A DNA stretch of 64,000 nt from a virus, in the IMG/VR virus record IMGVR_UViG_3300045988_117149; one strand, given 5' to 3'. Numbering within the stretch: the stretch's first letter is position 1; each line of letters opens with the position of its first letter. Below the pieces are notes generated by a model. The model did no database searches and was not told the DNA's origin. It worked only from the letters and a program-made list of their open reading frames with translations. Made by a program: the position numbers and the translations under genes. Shown here one piece after another: positions 33,966 through 42,753 of this stretch.

Positions 33966-34532
33966 TTAGGGAATTATTGGTAGGCCATTATCTTCATTGA
34001 AATATCTTAATTTCCTTCGAGTTATTCGGCCTTCCTTTTCCTTTAATCCGTCTACCCACTTGGGATAGGATTTTATGGTAGTTTCGGTTTTATTACCATG
34101 ATTATCTTTAATGATTACAAAAGAATCTTCTATGGTGATCTTATAAGTACTTCGATAGGTAGTAATGGTTTCTGGTATGCAGATGATTCCCTCTGATTTA
34201 CGCATGCCTGCGTTTGTAGCCTTAGGATAATCTGTATATTTAATAATACCGTTCTCAGTAGTAGCATAATGTAACCTTCTTCGGGTTATTCTTTTACCGT
34301 ATGAAAGTTTCAGCTTGCTATACCAGGTTTGGTATTCCTCTAGAGAATTAAGCATAATAATTTGACTTGTTCCTTTAGCAGGAGTCTTAGATTTACTTAT
34401 GGCTTGCTGAATAAGGATTTTATCAGGTTGCATAGTTAGCGAATATACAACCCGTTTGTAATTAAAGCTGAATACTGAACCAGAGGAGCATTCTATTTCC
34501 TCTGGTACGATAATAGGTTTTTGTTCATTCAT
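33966..34532 (-). CDS. hypothetical protein with internal duplication (188 aa)
   Basis: YQTWYSKLKLSYGKRITRRRLHYATTENGII versus YPKWVDGLKEKEGRITRRKLRYFNEDNGLPI. Confidence 0.55.
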   Translation of the reverse strand: MNEQKPIIVPEEIECSSGSVFSFNYKRVVYSLTMQPDKILIQQAISKSKTPAKGTSQIIMLNSLEEYQTWYSKLKLSYGKRITRRRLHYATTENGIIKYTDYPKATNAGMRKSEGIICIPETITTYRSTYKITIEDSFVIIKDNHGNKTETTIKSYPKWVDGLKEKEGRITRRKLRYFNEDNGLPIIP

Positions 34533-34705
34533 AATGTATACTCCTTTCTGATATCATCAAATTGTAGTAATGTCTTAAGTATCTTAGTTTTAGACCAAGT
34601 AGGTTCAAAGCCTATGCAAGGTATATATTCGTTATGAGGTACGAATAAAGTCATCCGACCTTGTTTTTGTAGGTCGGATTTTAGTTTCTTGTAATTAGTA
34701 GCCAT
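34529..34705 (-). CDS. possible small ORF (58 aa), below the track cutoff
   Basis: Own translation: MATNYKKLKSDLQKQGRMTLFVPHNEYIPCIGFEPTWSKTKILKTLLQFDDIRKEYTL. The ATG is 2 nt after the upstream stop, with an ATGA overlap downstream. Confidence 0.4.
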   Translation of the reverse strand: MATNYKKLKSDLQKQGRMTLFVPHNEYIPCIGFEPTWSKTKILKTLLQFDDIRKEYTL

Positions 34706-34707
34706 AG

Positions 34708-35091
34708 TTATGATATTCTGAAGTTAAGTTGATAAATCCAATTATTGGAATCCATCTTAGTGAACGAGATGAATATACCATCGTTATCCGTGAACTTTTG
34801 CATGAATTTCAGAGCAGCATCAGCAGCTTGATTCTTTTTCTCGGTAGTATCAAGAGTTACCATACTCTCTAAGATGAAAGTGTAATAGGTAGTCTCATAT
34901 TGACTGAAACAATTGATGTCTATCACCTGGAGATTGTGTAGTTCTGATAACTGGTATAGTTCAGTCATTAATAGGTTGTAGAGATTCTTTTTCTCATCTC
35001 GATCTAAATCAAAGTCGGATTTGTTCTTTATGAACTTAGTTACTACTTGAGCAAGTTGTTCATCCTGATTGTAAGTTACTGGGCTTCTCAT
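34708..35091 (-). CDS. hypothetical protein (127 aa)
   Basis: The track N-terminus MHIKFKIDKN starts at a TTG inside the promoter box. The real ATG is 35091 (MRSPVTYNQ). Confidence 0.55.
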   Translation of the reverse strand: MRSPVTYNQDEQLAQVVTKFIKNKSDFDLDRDEKKNLYNLLMTELYQLSELHNLQVIDINCFSQYETTYYTFILESMVTLDTTEKKNQAADAALKFMQKFTDNDGIFISFTKMDSNNWIYQLNFRIS

Positions 35092-35118
35092 ATTTTTGTC
35101 TATTTTAAATTTGATATG

Positions 35119-35126
35119 CAAATATA
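35119..35126 (-). promoter_or_regulatory. -7 box TATATTTG (minus strand), duplicated promoter-leader copy 1
   Basis: 38-nt block 35089..35126 is 37/38 identical to 37420..37457. Confidence 0.65.
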
Positions 35127-35200
35127 ATCATTTTTATTTATATTACAAAATAATACTCTTTTATTTTAAAATGAGCTGAGGATGTGTATACACACTAAAG

Positions 35201-35223
35201 AAGGCAGTGGATTAGACTGCCTT
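35201..35223 (-). terminator. hairpin after 35230..35715
   Basis: AAGGCAGT / ACTGCCTT 8-bp perfect stem with a 7-nt loop. Weak U-tract (CTTTAG). Confidence 0.45.
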
Positions 35224-35229
35224 TCGAAT

Positions 35230-35715
35230 TTAGACCTTATTGATTACAGTGTATAAGGCTGACCTAATTATTGATTCTCTGGTAGAGTTATCAAGCTTTT
35301 TCTCTACTTCATTTCTGAAGCATTCTTTTACGATATGACTCAATTCCTCTTTCAGTCTGGAAGCTATTTCATCTGTAAACTTTTGTACCTTGAATGCTTT
35401 AGTTAATTCCTCTTTAGCACCCTCTAAAGGCTTATTTTCTACTAATTGAATGGTCTCATTAAGATATACTTCAAAGGTTTCATAACCTATCCATTCTATA
35501 TCATTTAACCAATTTTCAAATTCCTCGTATACCAAGAAGGTATCTGGTTCATGCCCAGTGCAGGCATCAAATATGGGCATGATATTTCTGAGGAGCTCAG
35601 TGCCCACTAACTGTGTTGGACTTACTTCGGTATGTATCTTATATAAACCGTGTTCATTCTTTAGACCCACTATCAAGTGAGTCACTAATGGGTTTTTCCT
35701 CTTGTTTATTAACAT
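35230..35715 (-). CDS. hypothetical protein (161 aa)
   Basis: ORF-track ORF. Confidence 0.5.
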   Translation of the reverse strand: MLINKRKNPLVTHLIVGLKNEHGLYKIHTEVSPTQLVGTELLRNIMPIFDACTGHEPDTFLVYEEFENWLNDIEWIGYETFEVYLNETIQLVENKPLEGAKEELTKAFKVQKFTDEIASRLKEELSHIVKECFRNEVEKKLDNSTRESIIRSALYTVINKV

Positions 35716-36031
35716 AACTAAGTTTTTGTATTATGAGTTGAACGTAGGTATTTTTCTCTTTGTATATGAACATTACCGATAAAAGTATATCATGTTTCGG
35801 TAATATCATCTGTATGAAATTGCCTGGAGCAATTACCGTAGCAACTACTGGAGAATCCTTTTGTGAGAAATTCTCCAGTATCATTTCTGTTCTTCTAATA
35901 TGTTCAGGCTTTGTTGGGTCCAAAGTTAGGATGGGAGCAGTTAAACATTCTTTGATACCATTGGTTAAGGCATTGTATAACCATTCATCATTCTTTAAAT
36001 CCTCAGCCTGGAGAGTCTTCATTATAATCAT
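35654..36031 (-). CDS. hypothetical protein (125 aa)
   Basis: ORF-track ORF with a 62-nt overlap downstream, so the start of the downstream gene may lie later. Confidence 0.45.
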   Translation of the reverse strand: MIIMKTLQAEDLKNDEWLYNALTNGIKECLTAPILTLDPTKPEHIRRTEMILENFSQKDSPVVATVIAPGNFIQMILPKHDILLSVMFIYKEKNTYVQLIIQKLSYVNKQEEKPISDSLDSGSKE

Positions 36032-36375
36032 ATCCGGAACCTATTTAGTATGGTATTATTGTTATCAATCTCGAATAACCATAATTCATGGTCCCGATAG
36101 GAGTTTGTTATCTTACTAAATTTGGATATCTGAAAGATAACATGAGTTGTTGTTCTTGAAAGCATACTTGCATGGCAAGTAACATTGTCCGAAGATAGTT
36201 TGTTCTTGAAAGCTTTTAGCAAGTCTTCATCACTTTTATTAGCATTGTCTTCTAAAGTTTTGATAAACTCTATTTCGACATTTTCTGTCATACTTACCTT
36301 TCGGAAAGCGAATTTCTCTTTATTTTCCATGTTCTTCATTGTTTTTACCGATAGTCTCTTCTGTAATTTCTTCAA
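36028..36375 (-). CDS. hypothetical protein (115 aa)
   Basis: ORF-track ORF. Confidence 0.45.
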   Translation of the reverse strand: MKKLQKRLSVKTMKNMENKEKFAFRKVSMTENVEIEFIKTLEDNANKSDEDLLKAFKNKLSSDNVTCHASMLSRTTTHVIFQISKFSKITNSYRDHELWLFEIDNNNTILNRFRI

Positions 36376-36949
36376 GAGTCCTTTCGATGATGTTTTTAAC
36401 TATGGTTTGATTCTCTACTTTAGCATAACTATAGATTAGGTCCAGCTGACTGCTTATGTAAGCATCTACCATTGATAAGTCCTTGAATAGTTCCCATTCT
36501 TTTAGGAAATTGAGCCTAATCATATTAGTAAACATATTCTCATCATAAGGAATTTCAATGTAAGCACCTACCCTATTGAAGATATGTATTAAATGTTCTT
36601 CGATATACTTGGGTAATTCAAAGCAAGATGGTATTTTAGAATAAGTAATCCTACTCGGTATTAAATACTCGAAGGTAAAACGTTTAGAGAATGTTATTCC
36701 TGGGAAACGTTTACCAAATATCAAGGGTATCTTATACTGTAATAACTGAGGAGTAGTATCATATATTACATAATGTTTAAGATATTCATTGTACATATCA
36801 AAGTATAACCGTTCGTCAAATTTACCAGACTCTATCATGCAGAGTTCAAGAATCCGGTAAATAGATTTCACTGGCCCTTTGAATACCAGGTTACCCTTAT
36901 CAAGGTAGATAAGGTTTTTAGAGCATTTCTTTCGTTTAAATAGGTTCAT
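36320..36949 (-). CDS. hypothetical protein (209 aa)
   Basis: ORF-track ORF. Confidence 0.5.
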   Translation of the reverse strand: MNLFKRKKCSKNLIYLDKGNLVFKGPVKSIYRILELCMIESGKFDERLYFDMYNEYLKHYVIYDTTPQLLQYKIPLIFGKRFPGITFSKRFTFEYLIPSRITYSKIPSCFELPKYIEEHLIHIFNRVGAYIEIPYDENMFTNMIRLNFLKEWELFKDLSMVDAYISSQLDLIYSYAKVENQTIVKNIIERTLEEITEETIGKNNEEHGK

Positions 36950-36953
36950 GTGC

Positions 36954-37166
36954 TTAGAATGTAAAATTTATGTATATTTCTCTGTTTCCCTTGAGGAATT
37001 TCTCATGATTAGTATCTTCGTACTTATAGCAAGAATAAGTCTTAGAGGCTTTGTCATATTCGCCCCTTACCCATACCGGAGCAGTTTCTGTTGGTCTGAG
37101 TTTAAAATAAGTCCCTTGATTAACCTTGTTAACTTGGGTTTTCTTGTATTCTAAATTGATATCCAT
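36954..37166 (-). CDS. hypothetical protein (70 aa)
   Basis: ORF-track ORF, 1-nt gap to the upstream gene. Confidence 0.5.
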   Translation of the reverse strand: MDINLEYKKTQVNKVNQGTYFKLRPTETAPVWVRGEYDKASKTYSCYKYEDTNHEKFLKGNREIYINFTF

Positions 37167-37167
37167 A

Positions 37168-37422
37168 TCAGTATACGATTAAACCTGGGAACCCAAGTTG
37201 ATTTGTTTCTAAGTTTATGGGTGTTTTGTATACCTTAACACTGCCATAGTAATTCCTAAGGTCATCATAGGAATGATGTTCATAGATGTCTGAATAAAGA
37301 TCATCCTCTCCCTCCTGATATAGGTCGATTAAACGTTTCTCGGCTTGTTCATCGGATGTTTCCATTACTTGGAATAGGAAGTCTCCGGTAATAAGCGTGT
37401 AGATGTAACAATCTGTTTTCAT
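37168..37422 (-). CDS. hypothetical acidic protein (84 aa)
   Basis: The track N-terminus MHINFKIDKN starts at a TTG in the promoter box. The real ATG is 37422 (MKTDCYIYT). Confidence 0.55.
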   Translation of the reverse strand: MKTDCYIYTLITGDFLFQVMETSDEQAEKRLIDLYQEGEDDLYSDIYEHHSYDDLRNYYGSVKVYKTPINLETNQLGFPGLIVY

Positions 37423-37449
37423 ATTTTTGTCTATTTTAAAATTGATATG

Positions 37450-37457
37450 CAAATATA
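37450..37457 (-). promoter_or_regulatory. -7 box TATATTTG (minus strand), duplicated promoter-leader copy 2
   Basis: See 35119..35126. Confidence 0.65.
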
Positions 37458-37496
37458 TAAATTTTCAATATAATATGCAATGAACCTATTTAACTA

Positions 37497-38408
37497 CTAG
37501 AGCCTCTTACTACGTAAGAATTGAGATGCAAAGGAGCCCATATCTTCCTCCTCTGGTACTTCCTCATATTGATACAATTCTGGGTCCTCCCCATCTGGGT
37601 CAATACGCATTTCTATTTCTCTACGTATCTCATGATGTTCATCAGGGAATAACTCCATAGCTCCCTTATAATCATCGGTAATCTGGGCTAACTCTGCCTT
37701 GTTAAGGTTAAGACCTTCCTTACTGGTATCTACTCCCTCTTGCTTAGTAGCAACTACCTCAGGTAATGAAGCTATATCATATCTTTCCTCTAATAGTTTA
37801 GCCTCTTCAGTCTTATCCAGTATCTTTTGAGATTCTAATACTATTTGACGTGCCTCGTCGATTGAAATAGTGTTCTGAGGTTGATTTACATTGTTCTGAT
37901 TGAACTGAGCAAATATATTGGTAGTACTTCCTCCAGTAATATTACGTACGATAGATTGAAGAGATGTAGAGGATTCCAACTTTAACTTTAAAGCCTTACC
38001 CAGCTCCGCAGATATAAATGGCATATACTTACCTCCCTGGGATTCTCTCAATACGTTTACCTGATGGGCTATCTCCATACGGTCTTCTAGTACCCAAGCA
38101 AGTTGTTCTCCCATTAATGCTTGCAGTAAATCTTCTGATTTTTCTTTGTCCCAGATTCTTGAGCTTAATAGCCTATCTCTCATAAAGATACGTATGTAAT
38201 TGATATCTATACCCATACGGTATGAGAAGGTATTAATATCATACGTAATACCACATAATACACCATTACCCATTAACCATTGATTGATAAGGTAGTTGTG
38301 TATATTTACCAGAAGTGTATCATTTGGGTTCTTCTGATATTCTAAAGCCATTGCCGTAACTCCCATAGGTCTTGGGAACCTTACGATTTTATTTCTTTTT
38401 TCTAACAT
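37497..38408 (-). CDS. hypothetical protein with acidic C-terminus (303 aa)
   Basis: ORF-track ORF. No motif recognised. Confidence 0.55.
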   Translation of the reverse strand: MLEKRNKIVRFPRPMGVTAMALEYQKNPNDTLLVNIHNYLINQWLMGNGVLCGITYDINTFSYRMGIDINYIRIFMRDRLLSSRIWDKEKSEDLLQALMGEQLAWVLEDRMEIAHQVNVLRESQGGKYMPFISAELGKALKLKLESSTSLQSIVRNITGGSTTNIFAQFNQNNVNQPQNTISIDEARQIVLESQKILDKTEEAKLLEERYDIASLPEVVATKQEGVDTSKEGLNLNKAELAQITDDYKGAMELFPDEHHEIRREIEMRIDPDGEDPELYQYEEVPEEEDMGSFASQFLRSKRL

Positions 38409-38667
38409 ACAAATGAGATTTTCTTATGTCCGAACTTTCATCATATCCCACATACTCTAAATCGTACCTTACATACAGATTCAAAGATAGGTTGTAGAAA
38501 TACCCTAAATACCTATCCCTTATTACCGATAAATTAAAAGCTTCACCAGAGATTAGGTCCCTGGTGAATACTAAATTACCTTTCCCAGTAATAGGGATTT
38601 CAAGGCAAAGTTTATAATCTCCTACCTTGAATTTATTCCCATGAAGGTCTGTGATTTCCCTTGCCAT
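38389..38667 (-). CDS. hypothetical protein (92 aa)
   Basis: ORF-track ORF. Confidence 0.45.
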   Translation of the reverse strand: MAREITDLHGNKFKVGDYKLCLEIPITGKGNLVFTRDLISGEAFNLSVIRDRYLGYFYNLSLNLYVRYDLEYVGYDESSDIRKSHLYVRKKK

Positions 38668-39070
38668 AATTTACCTTTTTACGGTTCGTAGGTTTTTTGT
38701 CTTGTTTACTACGGTTATATTCTGCCCTTGCCCTAAAATTGGGCAATTCCTCAATCATCTTTTGAATATCGGGGAATAATTGGGTCCTTAGAGGAACTAC
38801 CTGGGTAGCGAAAAAGGCATTCCATAACTTCTGGGTAAAGGGTTCTCCTAACTTTAACTTGGAGATTGCCCAGAATTTGGTTTCGAAATTCTTAACTATT
38901 TCCTTAAACCGATAGTAGTATAGTTTATGGGTCTTAGGATTAATGCCAATGGTAGTAGTTTGGCAATAATCTAGAAATTCGTTACCTAATTCGGATATAA
39001 ACTCTTTCCTTTTAAAATCATAGTTCTCTTGGTCGAGCTTAAATAATTTAACGTAATCGATTGCTTCCAT
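38633..39070 (-). CDS. hypothetical protein (145 aa)
   Basis: ORF-track ORF. Confidence 0.5.
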   Translation of the reverse strand: MEAIDYVKLFKLDQENYDFKRKEFISELGNEFLDYCQTTTIGINPKTHKLYYYRFKEIVKNFETKFWAISKLKLGEPFTQKLWNAFFATQVVPLRTQLFPDIQKMIEELPNFRARAEYNRSKQDKKPTNRKKVNYGKGNHRPSWE

Positions 39071-39071
39071 G

Positions 39072-39422
39072 TTATTGTTTAATTATGAGTTTAGGGTATC
39101 CATCCGTAACCTGGAATAGATATCCCCTTATATCATCTTCATAGTATGAAGACCAAATTGTTTTCTCTAATCGAAAATTATCTAAGATTGCCCCTTTCGG
39201 AATACCAGTAACATATATCTGATGTTTGGGCATTATTGGGGTTATCCCGAATTTACCCTCTTTGTAATTACCATATGTACCATAATCCGGCATATTGCCT
39301 GTGAACCCAGTGGGTTGTAATACATCACTTACCAAGGTAGTTGGTTGTAACTCCCTTTTATTACAGAAGAACCGTAATTTCGATTTGCCTATATATAGGT
39401 CTTTAACTATTGCCCCAAACAT
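39072..39422 (-). CDS. hypothetical protein (116 aa)
   Basis: ORF-track ORF. Confidence 0.5.
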   Translation of the reverse strand: MFGAIVKDLYIGKSKLRFFCNKRELQPTTLVSDVLQPTGFTGNMPDYGTYGNYKEGKFGITPIMPKHQIYVTGIPKGAILDNFRLEKTIWSSYYEDDIRGYLFQVTDGYPKLIIKQ

Positions 39423-39706
39423 TTGTATATGATTATATGGGTTATACCTTCTTTCTTGAAATAGAATTGGTTCTGTGAACGTTCTTCTAGTTTCTTCAAT
39501 TCTCTTCGAGATTCAGTACAGATTCTGTCAGATTTTCTTAGAATATCCGAGATGCTATCCCAGATGGGTGCCATTTCCTTTACAGGCCCAGCATAGACAA
39601 TTTTATGTTTAGCCTCAATTTGGGGATACTTTGATTTATACTGGTATTTACCTTTGAGGTAAAGTACATTATACTTTTCTGTTCCGTTTCTTCTTTCGTT
39701 TTCCAT
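39407..39706 (-). CDS. hypothetical protein (99 aa)
   Basis: ORF-track ORF. Confidence 0.45.
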   Translation of the reverse strand: MENERRNGTEKYNVLYLKGKYQYKSKYPQIEAKHKIVYAGPVKEMAPIWDSISDILRKSDRICTESRRELKKLEERSQNQFYFKKEGITHIIIYKCLGQ

Positions 39707-39971
39707 TCTTAGTATTATTATCTATGTAATCTGAAATATCATCAAGCTGCCCTAAAAGCAATGCTTGAATAAAGATGTGTATAGGCCTGAAAAAGAAATT
39801 CCTTACGTTATGTGGATTGATATACCAATCGTAAACTATAAAGAACTTCTTTATCTTAGAATGCTTAAGTGAATGCTGAACAAGCCAAGATTTACAACAT
39901 CGTTTATGTAATTCGACAAGTTCTTTATCTTGTTTAAGCATCTCCTTATCAGAGAAGATAGTGTAATCCAT
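39669..39971 (-). CDS. hypothetical protein (100 aa)
   Basis: ORF-track ORF. Confidence 0.45.
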   Translation of the reverse strand: MDYTIFSDKEMLKQDKELVELHKRCCKSWLVQHSLKHSKIKKFFIVYDWYINPHNVRNFFFRPIHIFIQALLLGQLDDISDYIDNNTKNGKRKKKRNRKV

Positions 39972-40030
39972 TATGATTCTTTATAAAAGTTCCCAGACTG
40001 ATTAGCCCGGGAACTTAGGTTAATAAAGGG

Positions 40031-40510
40031 TTATGCAACTTGTTCGGGTTTGAGAACCTTTTTACGAAAGTCCTCATATGCCTTAGCAGCAGCCTTGAAC
40101 TCTTTGGAGTTTTGGTCTTTGATACGAGCCATGGCAAGTTCCAATCGATGAAGTTCGTTTCGAGTTTGTTGTCTCCATTTCTTCCGAGCAAGAGTGTCAA
40201 CTACATCCTCGGGATATACGTATTTTACTTCCCGATTTGAGATTACCTGTTCGATGATGGAAGGTTTTTGTTGTTCCTTAACTTCCTTGACAACCTGTGC
40301 CTTCTTGGAAGTTTTACCTTTAGGAGAGAGTTCTACCAATTTAGCATTAGCAAAGTTTGTGGCAGCTTCTTGAGCATCTTGTACCAATTCCTTTTTAGTC
40401 TTTTTGGCCTTTGCCTTAGAAGTTGTAGTCTTGGAATTTTTGATTCCTTCAAGTTGTTCAGCAACCTTGTTGCTAATAAGGTTAGTAACCTTGGTTTCAT
40501 TCTTTTTCAT
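40031..40510 (-). CDS. lysine-rich protein (159 aa)
   Basis: KTTTSKAKAKKTKKELV... Raised GC, with its own promoter at 40552. Confidence 0.55.
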   Translation of the reverse strand: MKKNETKVTNLISNKVAEQLEGIKNSKTTTSKAKAKKTKKELVQDAQEAATNFANAKLVELSPKGKTSKKAQVVKEVKEQQKPSIIEQVISNREVKYVYPEDVVDTLARKKWRQQTRNELHRLELAMARIKDQNSKEFKAAAKAYEDFRKKVLKPEQVA

Positions 40511-40551
40511 AACGTCTATATTTAAAAAGTGATTAATTAATTATCTTTATG

Positions 40552-40559
40552 CAAATATA
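40552..40559 (-). promoter_or_regulatory. -7 box TATATTTG with -33 TTTG (minus strand)
   Basis: Minus strand reads TTTTTGTAATTAAAATATAGTTCGTATATTTGCATAAAGATAATT. The 25-nt core 40539..40563 is identical to 41737..41761. Confidence 0.7.
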
Positions 40560-40614
40560 CGAACTATATTTTAATTACAAAAATAAATCGAATAAATTTT
40601 TATATTTGCTAAGG

Positions 40615-41100
40615 TTAATCGGCTAGGAAGTCGAAGATTTCTGGAGGATAGTTGATTTCGTCTTCCGGGTCATCTATGTATCCTTCATAATCATCATTGT
40701 ACCTGTCGTAGATGTTTTCTTCTGAGGTATTAGATACCAGGGTGCATTTATCCAAGTTATTGATAACGTAGTTATAAGCTTCTTGGGTATTCATTACCTT
40801 ATCAGATATAAATTCATAGGTTTTATAGGAGTAGCCAGAACTTCTTCTAGAAATTTCATATTGGTTATATCCAGATTTCTCAATCTTATATAACTTCTTT
40901 TCTGGAGTTGATTCTATTTCTACCCTATATTTATACCATTGTTTCTTTTCCTCCTTGGGTTTATCTTTAGGCTTAGGCCTAACAAACTCAGAAGGAGCAA
41001 TGCTCACTTCCCGGTCGAGATTTGATGGTCTAGACCCAAAAAGTAGCATTACTCCCAGTACAAGGGATATCCCTCCTATTATTTTAGTTCCTGAGTTCAT
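40615..41100 (-). CDS. membrane-anchored protein with acidic C-terminus (161 aa)
   Basis: N-terminal KIIGGISLVLGVMLLFG helix. Confidence 0.5.
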   Translation of the reverse strand: MNSGTKIIGGISLVLGVMLLFGSRPSNLDREVSIAPSEFVRPKPKDKPKEEKKQWYKYRVEIESTPEKKLYKIEKSGYNQYEISRRSSGYSYKTYEFISDKVMNTQEAYNYVINNLDKCTLVSNTSEENIYDRYNDDYEGYIDDPEDEINYPPEIFDFLAD

Positions 41101-41350
41101 ATCCAGTAGTTTTAAACTTATTCTTTATATGTTCTCCCAGGTATTTACCCTTAGATTCTGCAAGGTGTAAACCATTGCATATCTTATAAGGTACTTCATC
41201 ATACCGATATACTCTGTTATTTTTAAAAGCTACCCAAAGTTGTTTTTTCTTTGAGTCATAACCATAGCCCTCAATGTTAGAGGATTCGCAGGGAATCATT
41301 TCAACTCCCGTATTCATTTCAACTGATTCTAAGTATTCGTTCTTTTCCAT
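41084..41350 (-). CDS. KTSC-domain protein (88 aa)
   Basis: IEGYGYDSKKKQLWVAFKNNRVYRYDEVPYKICNGLHLAESKGKYLGEHIKNKF fits the KTSC pattern (igYd...L.v.F.ng..Y.Y..Vp......l..a.SkG.y....Ik). Confidence 0.6.
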   Translation of the reverse strand: MEKNEYLESVEMNTGVEMIPCESSNIEGYGYDSKKKQLWVAFKNNRVYRYDEVPYKICNGLHLAESKGKYLGEHIKNKFKTTGYELRN

Positions 41351-41357
41351 GTCTATA

Positions 41358-41729
41358 TTAAAGTTTTAAGAGTGTTAGTTCAGGGTGAAACTTAAGGTTT
41401 GATTTCTGGAAGATTGCCCAGGTTCCCAATACGCCTTGAGAATTGGTATGTACCCATTCATCCTCCATTCTGAATAAGATATGTGAGCATACCAACATTT
41501 GATATTCAGAGATAGTCTGAATTAATTGGGGTGTTTGCTCAATGTCTACATATAATTGGATGTGGTCATCCAGTGCCATGGTAATCTCATCGTTATCAAT
41601 CTGAAGTAGTTTCTTGATTAAGTCATCGGCAATGTTATTGCCCTTAGAAACATCCTCCTTAAAAGAATTTAGTGATTCGATTTGAATACCAGCGATTAGC
41701 TTGATAATGTCTTTTGTTTCTTTGTCCAT
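41358..41729 (-). CDS. hypothetical protein (123 aa)
   Basis: ORF-track ORF, 21 nt downstream of the promoter box at 41750. Confidence 0.5.
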   Translation of the reverse strand: MDKETKDIIKLIAGIQIESLNSFKEDVSKGNNIADDLIKKLLQIDNDEITMALDDHIQLYVDIEQTPQLIQTISEYQMLVCSHILFRMEDEWVHTNSQGVLGTWAIFQKSNLKFHPELTLLKL

Positions 41730-41749
41730 AATTAAAAATTATCTTTATG

Positions 41750-41757
41750 CAAATATA
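41750..41757 (-). promoter_or_regulatory. -7 box TATATTTG (minus strand)
   Basis: Minus strand reads TTCGTATATTTGCATAAAGATAATT. Confidence 0.65.
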
Positions 41758-41807
41758 CGAAATTTATTTTATATAATATACTCTTTTATTAAATAGGGAG
41801 GTAGATG

Positions 41808-42653
41808 TTAGCGGTTGATTACCTCTTCCATCTTCTCCTTGATTGAATCTGGGAAGATTACATCCCTATACCATCTCATAAAGAATTTCGAAGGCTTTTT
41901 CTCTGGGTTGAGAAGTAATTGCCTTTGCTCTGTAGAGAACTTAATTCGTTCTTCCTCTAACATATACTTAGGCAATTTAGTAAACTCTGCTTGAGAAAAA
42001 GAGATAGTACTCTTACCAACTTTAGTTCTCATTGGTTTACGCCTTTCCTTATATAGGTACGGAATAATCTTTTTCGACGGTCCGTTAAGGATGCTAAAGC
42101 CGAAGATAACCATTGGGTCGAACTTATCTGCTTTTGGGTCTTTTGCACGTTTGATACATCTTGCCATCCAGGAGAATGAATTTGGATATTGCTTATTCTC
42201 CGTCGGTTCTCCCACATCTTTTGCATCAAATTCAAATCCTGGAAAGTGAAACAGAAAGTCCTCAGTAAGGATAAATACAAATCCAAGTTTTCTTAGGTAT
42301 TTGATTATCTCTTGCTGAGTTTTTCCCTCCTCTACCATTTTCTCTACGTCTGCAAGGATATCCTCCCTTGGTGATTCCAATTCTTTGTTATTAGAAGACC
42401 CAGCAGGTCTCCCTCTTCCTGCACTGGGATTCTTTATGGGAAGGATTCCTACCAATCTCTCTAAGTAAGATTTGAAGTTATCCACATCTTGTTGATTAGT
42501 AAGAGTTACTTCTACTCTTATTGGACCCTTATGCTGTACCTTTGGTCCCGAGTTCATCTCGGTATAAGCATCTACTAACCTATCAGATAGGGGAGTGCCA
42601 TTCTCGGATAAGGTAGTGATTCTTAATTTTGGTTTATATACTTCTTGTTCCAT
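41808..42653 (-). CDS. hypothetical protein with AT-hook-like GRGRPAG (281 aa)
   Basis: The track start 42689 is a TTG inside the terminator hairpin. ATG 42653 (MEQEVYKPK) is preferred. Confidence 0.5.
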   Translation of the reverse strand: MEQEVYKPKLRITTLSENGTPLSDRLVDAYTEMNSGPKVQHKGPIRVEVTLTNQQDVDNFKSYLERLVGILPIKNPSAGRGRPAGSSNNKELESPREDILADVEKMVEEGKTQQEIIKYLRKLGFVFILTEDFLFHFPGFEFDAKDVGEPTENKQYPNSFSWMARCIKRAKDPKADKFDPMVIFGFSILNGPSKKIIPYLYKERRKPMRTKVGKSTISFSQAEFTKLPKYMLEEERIKFSTEQRQLLLNPEKKPSKFFMRWYRDVIFPDSIKEKMEEVINR

Positions 42654-42675
42654 ACACTGTTTCTTAGATAAAATA

Positions 42676-42710
42676 AAAGGCCTGAACAAATTTTATATTG
42701 CCAGGCCTTT
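42676..42710 (-). terminator. intrinsic terminator after 42754..43308
   Basis: AAAGGCCTG / CAGGCCTTT 9-bp perfect stem. On the minus strand it is followed by TTATTTTATC. Confidence 0.7.
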
Positions 42711-42753
42711 CATCACATTAACGAATACTTAAATAACATTATGAGAGTTGGAG

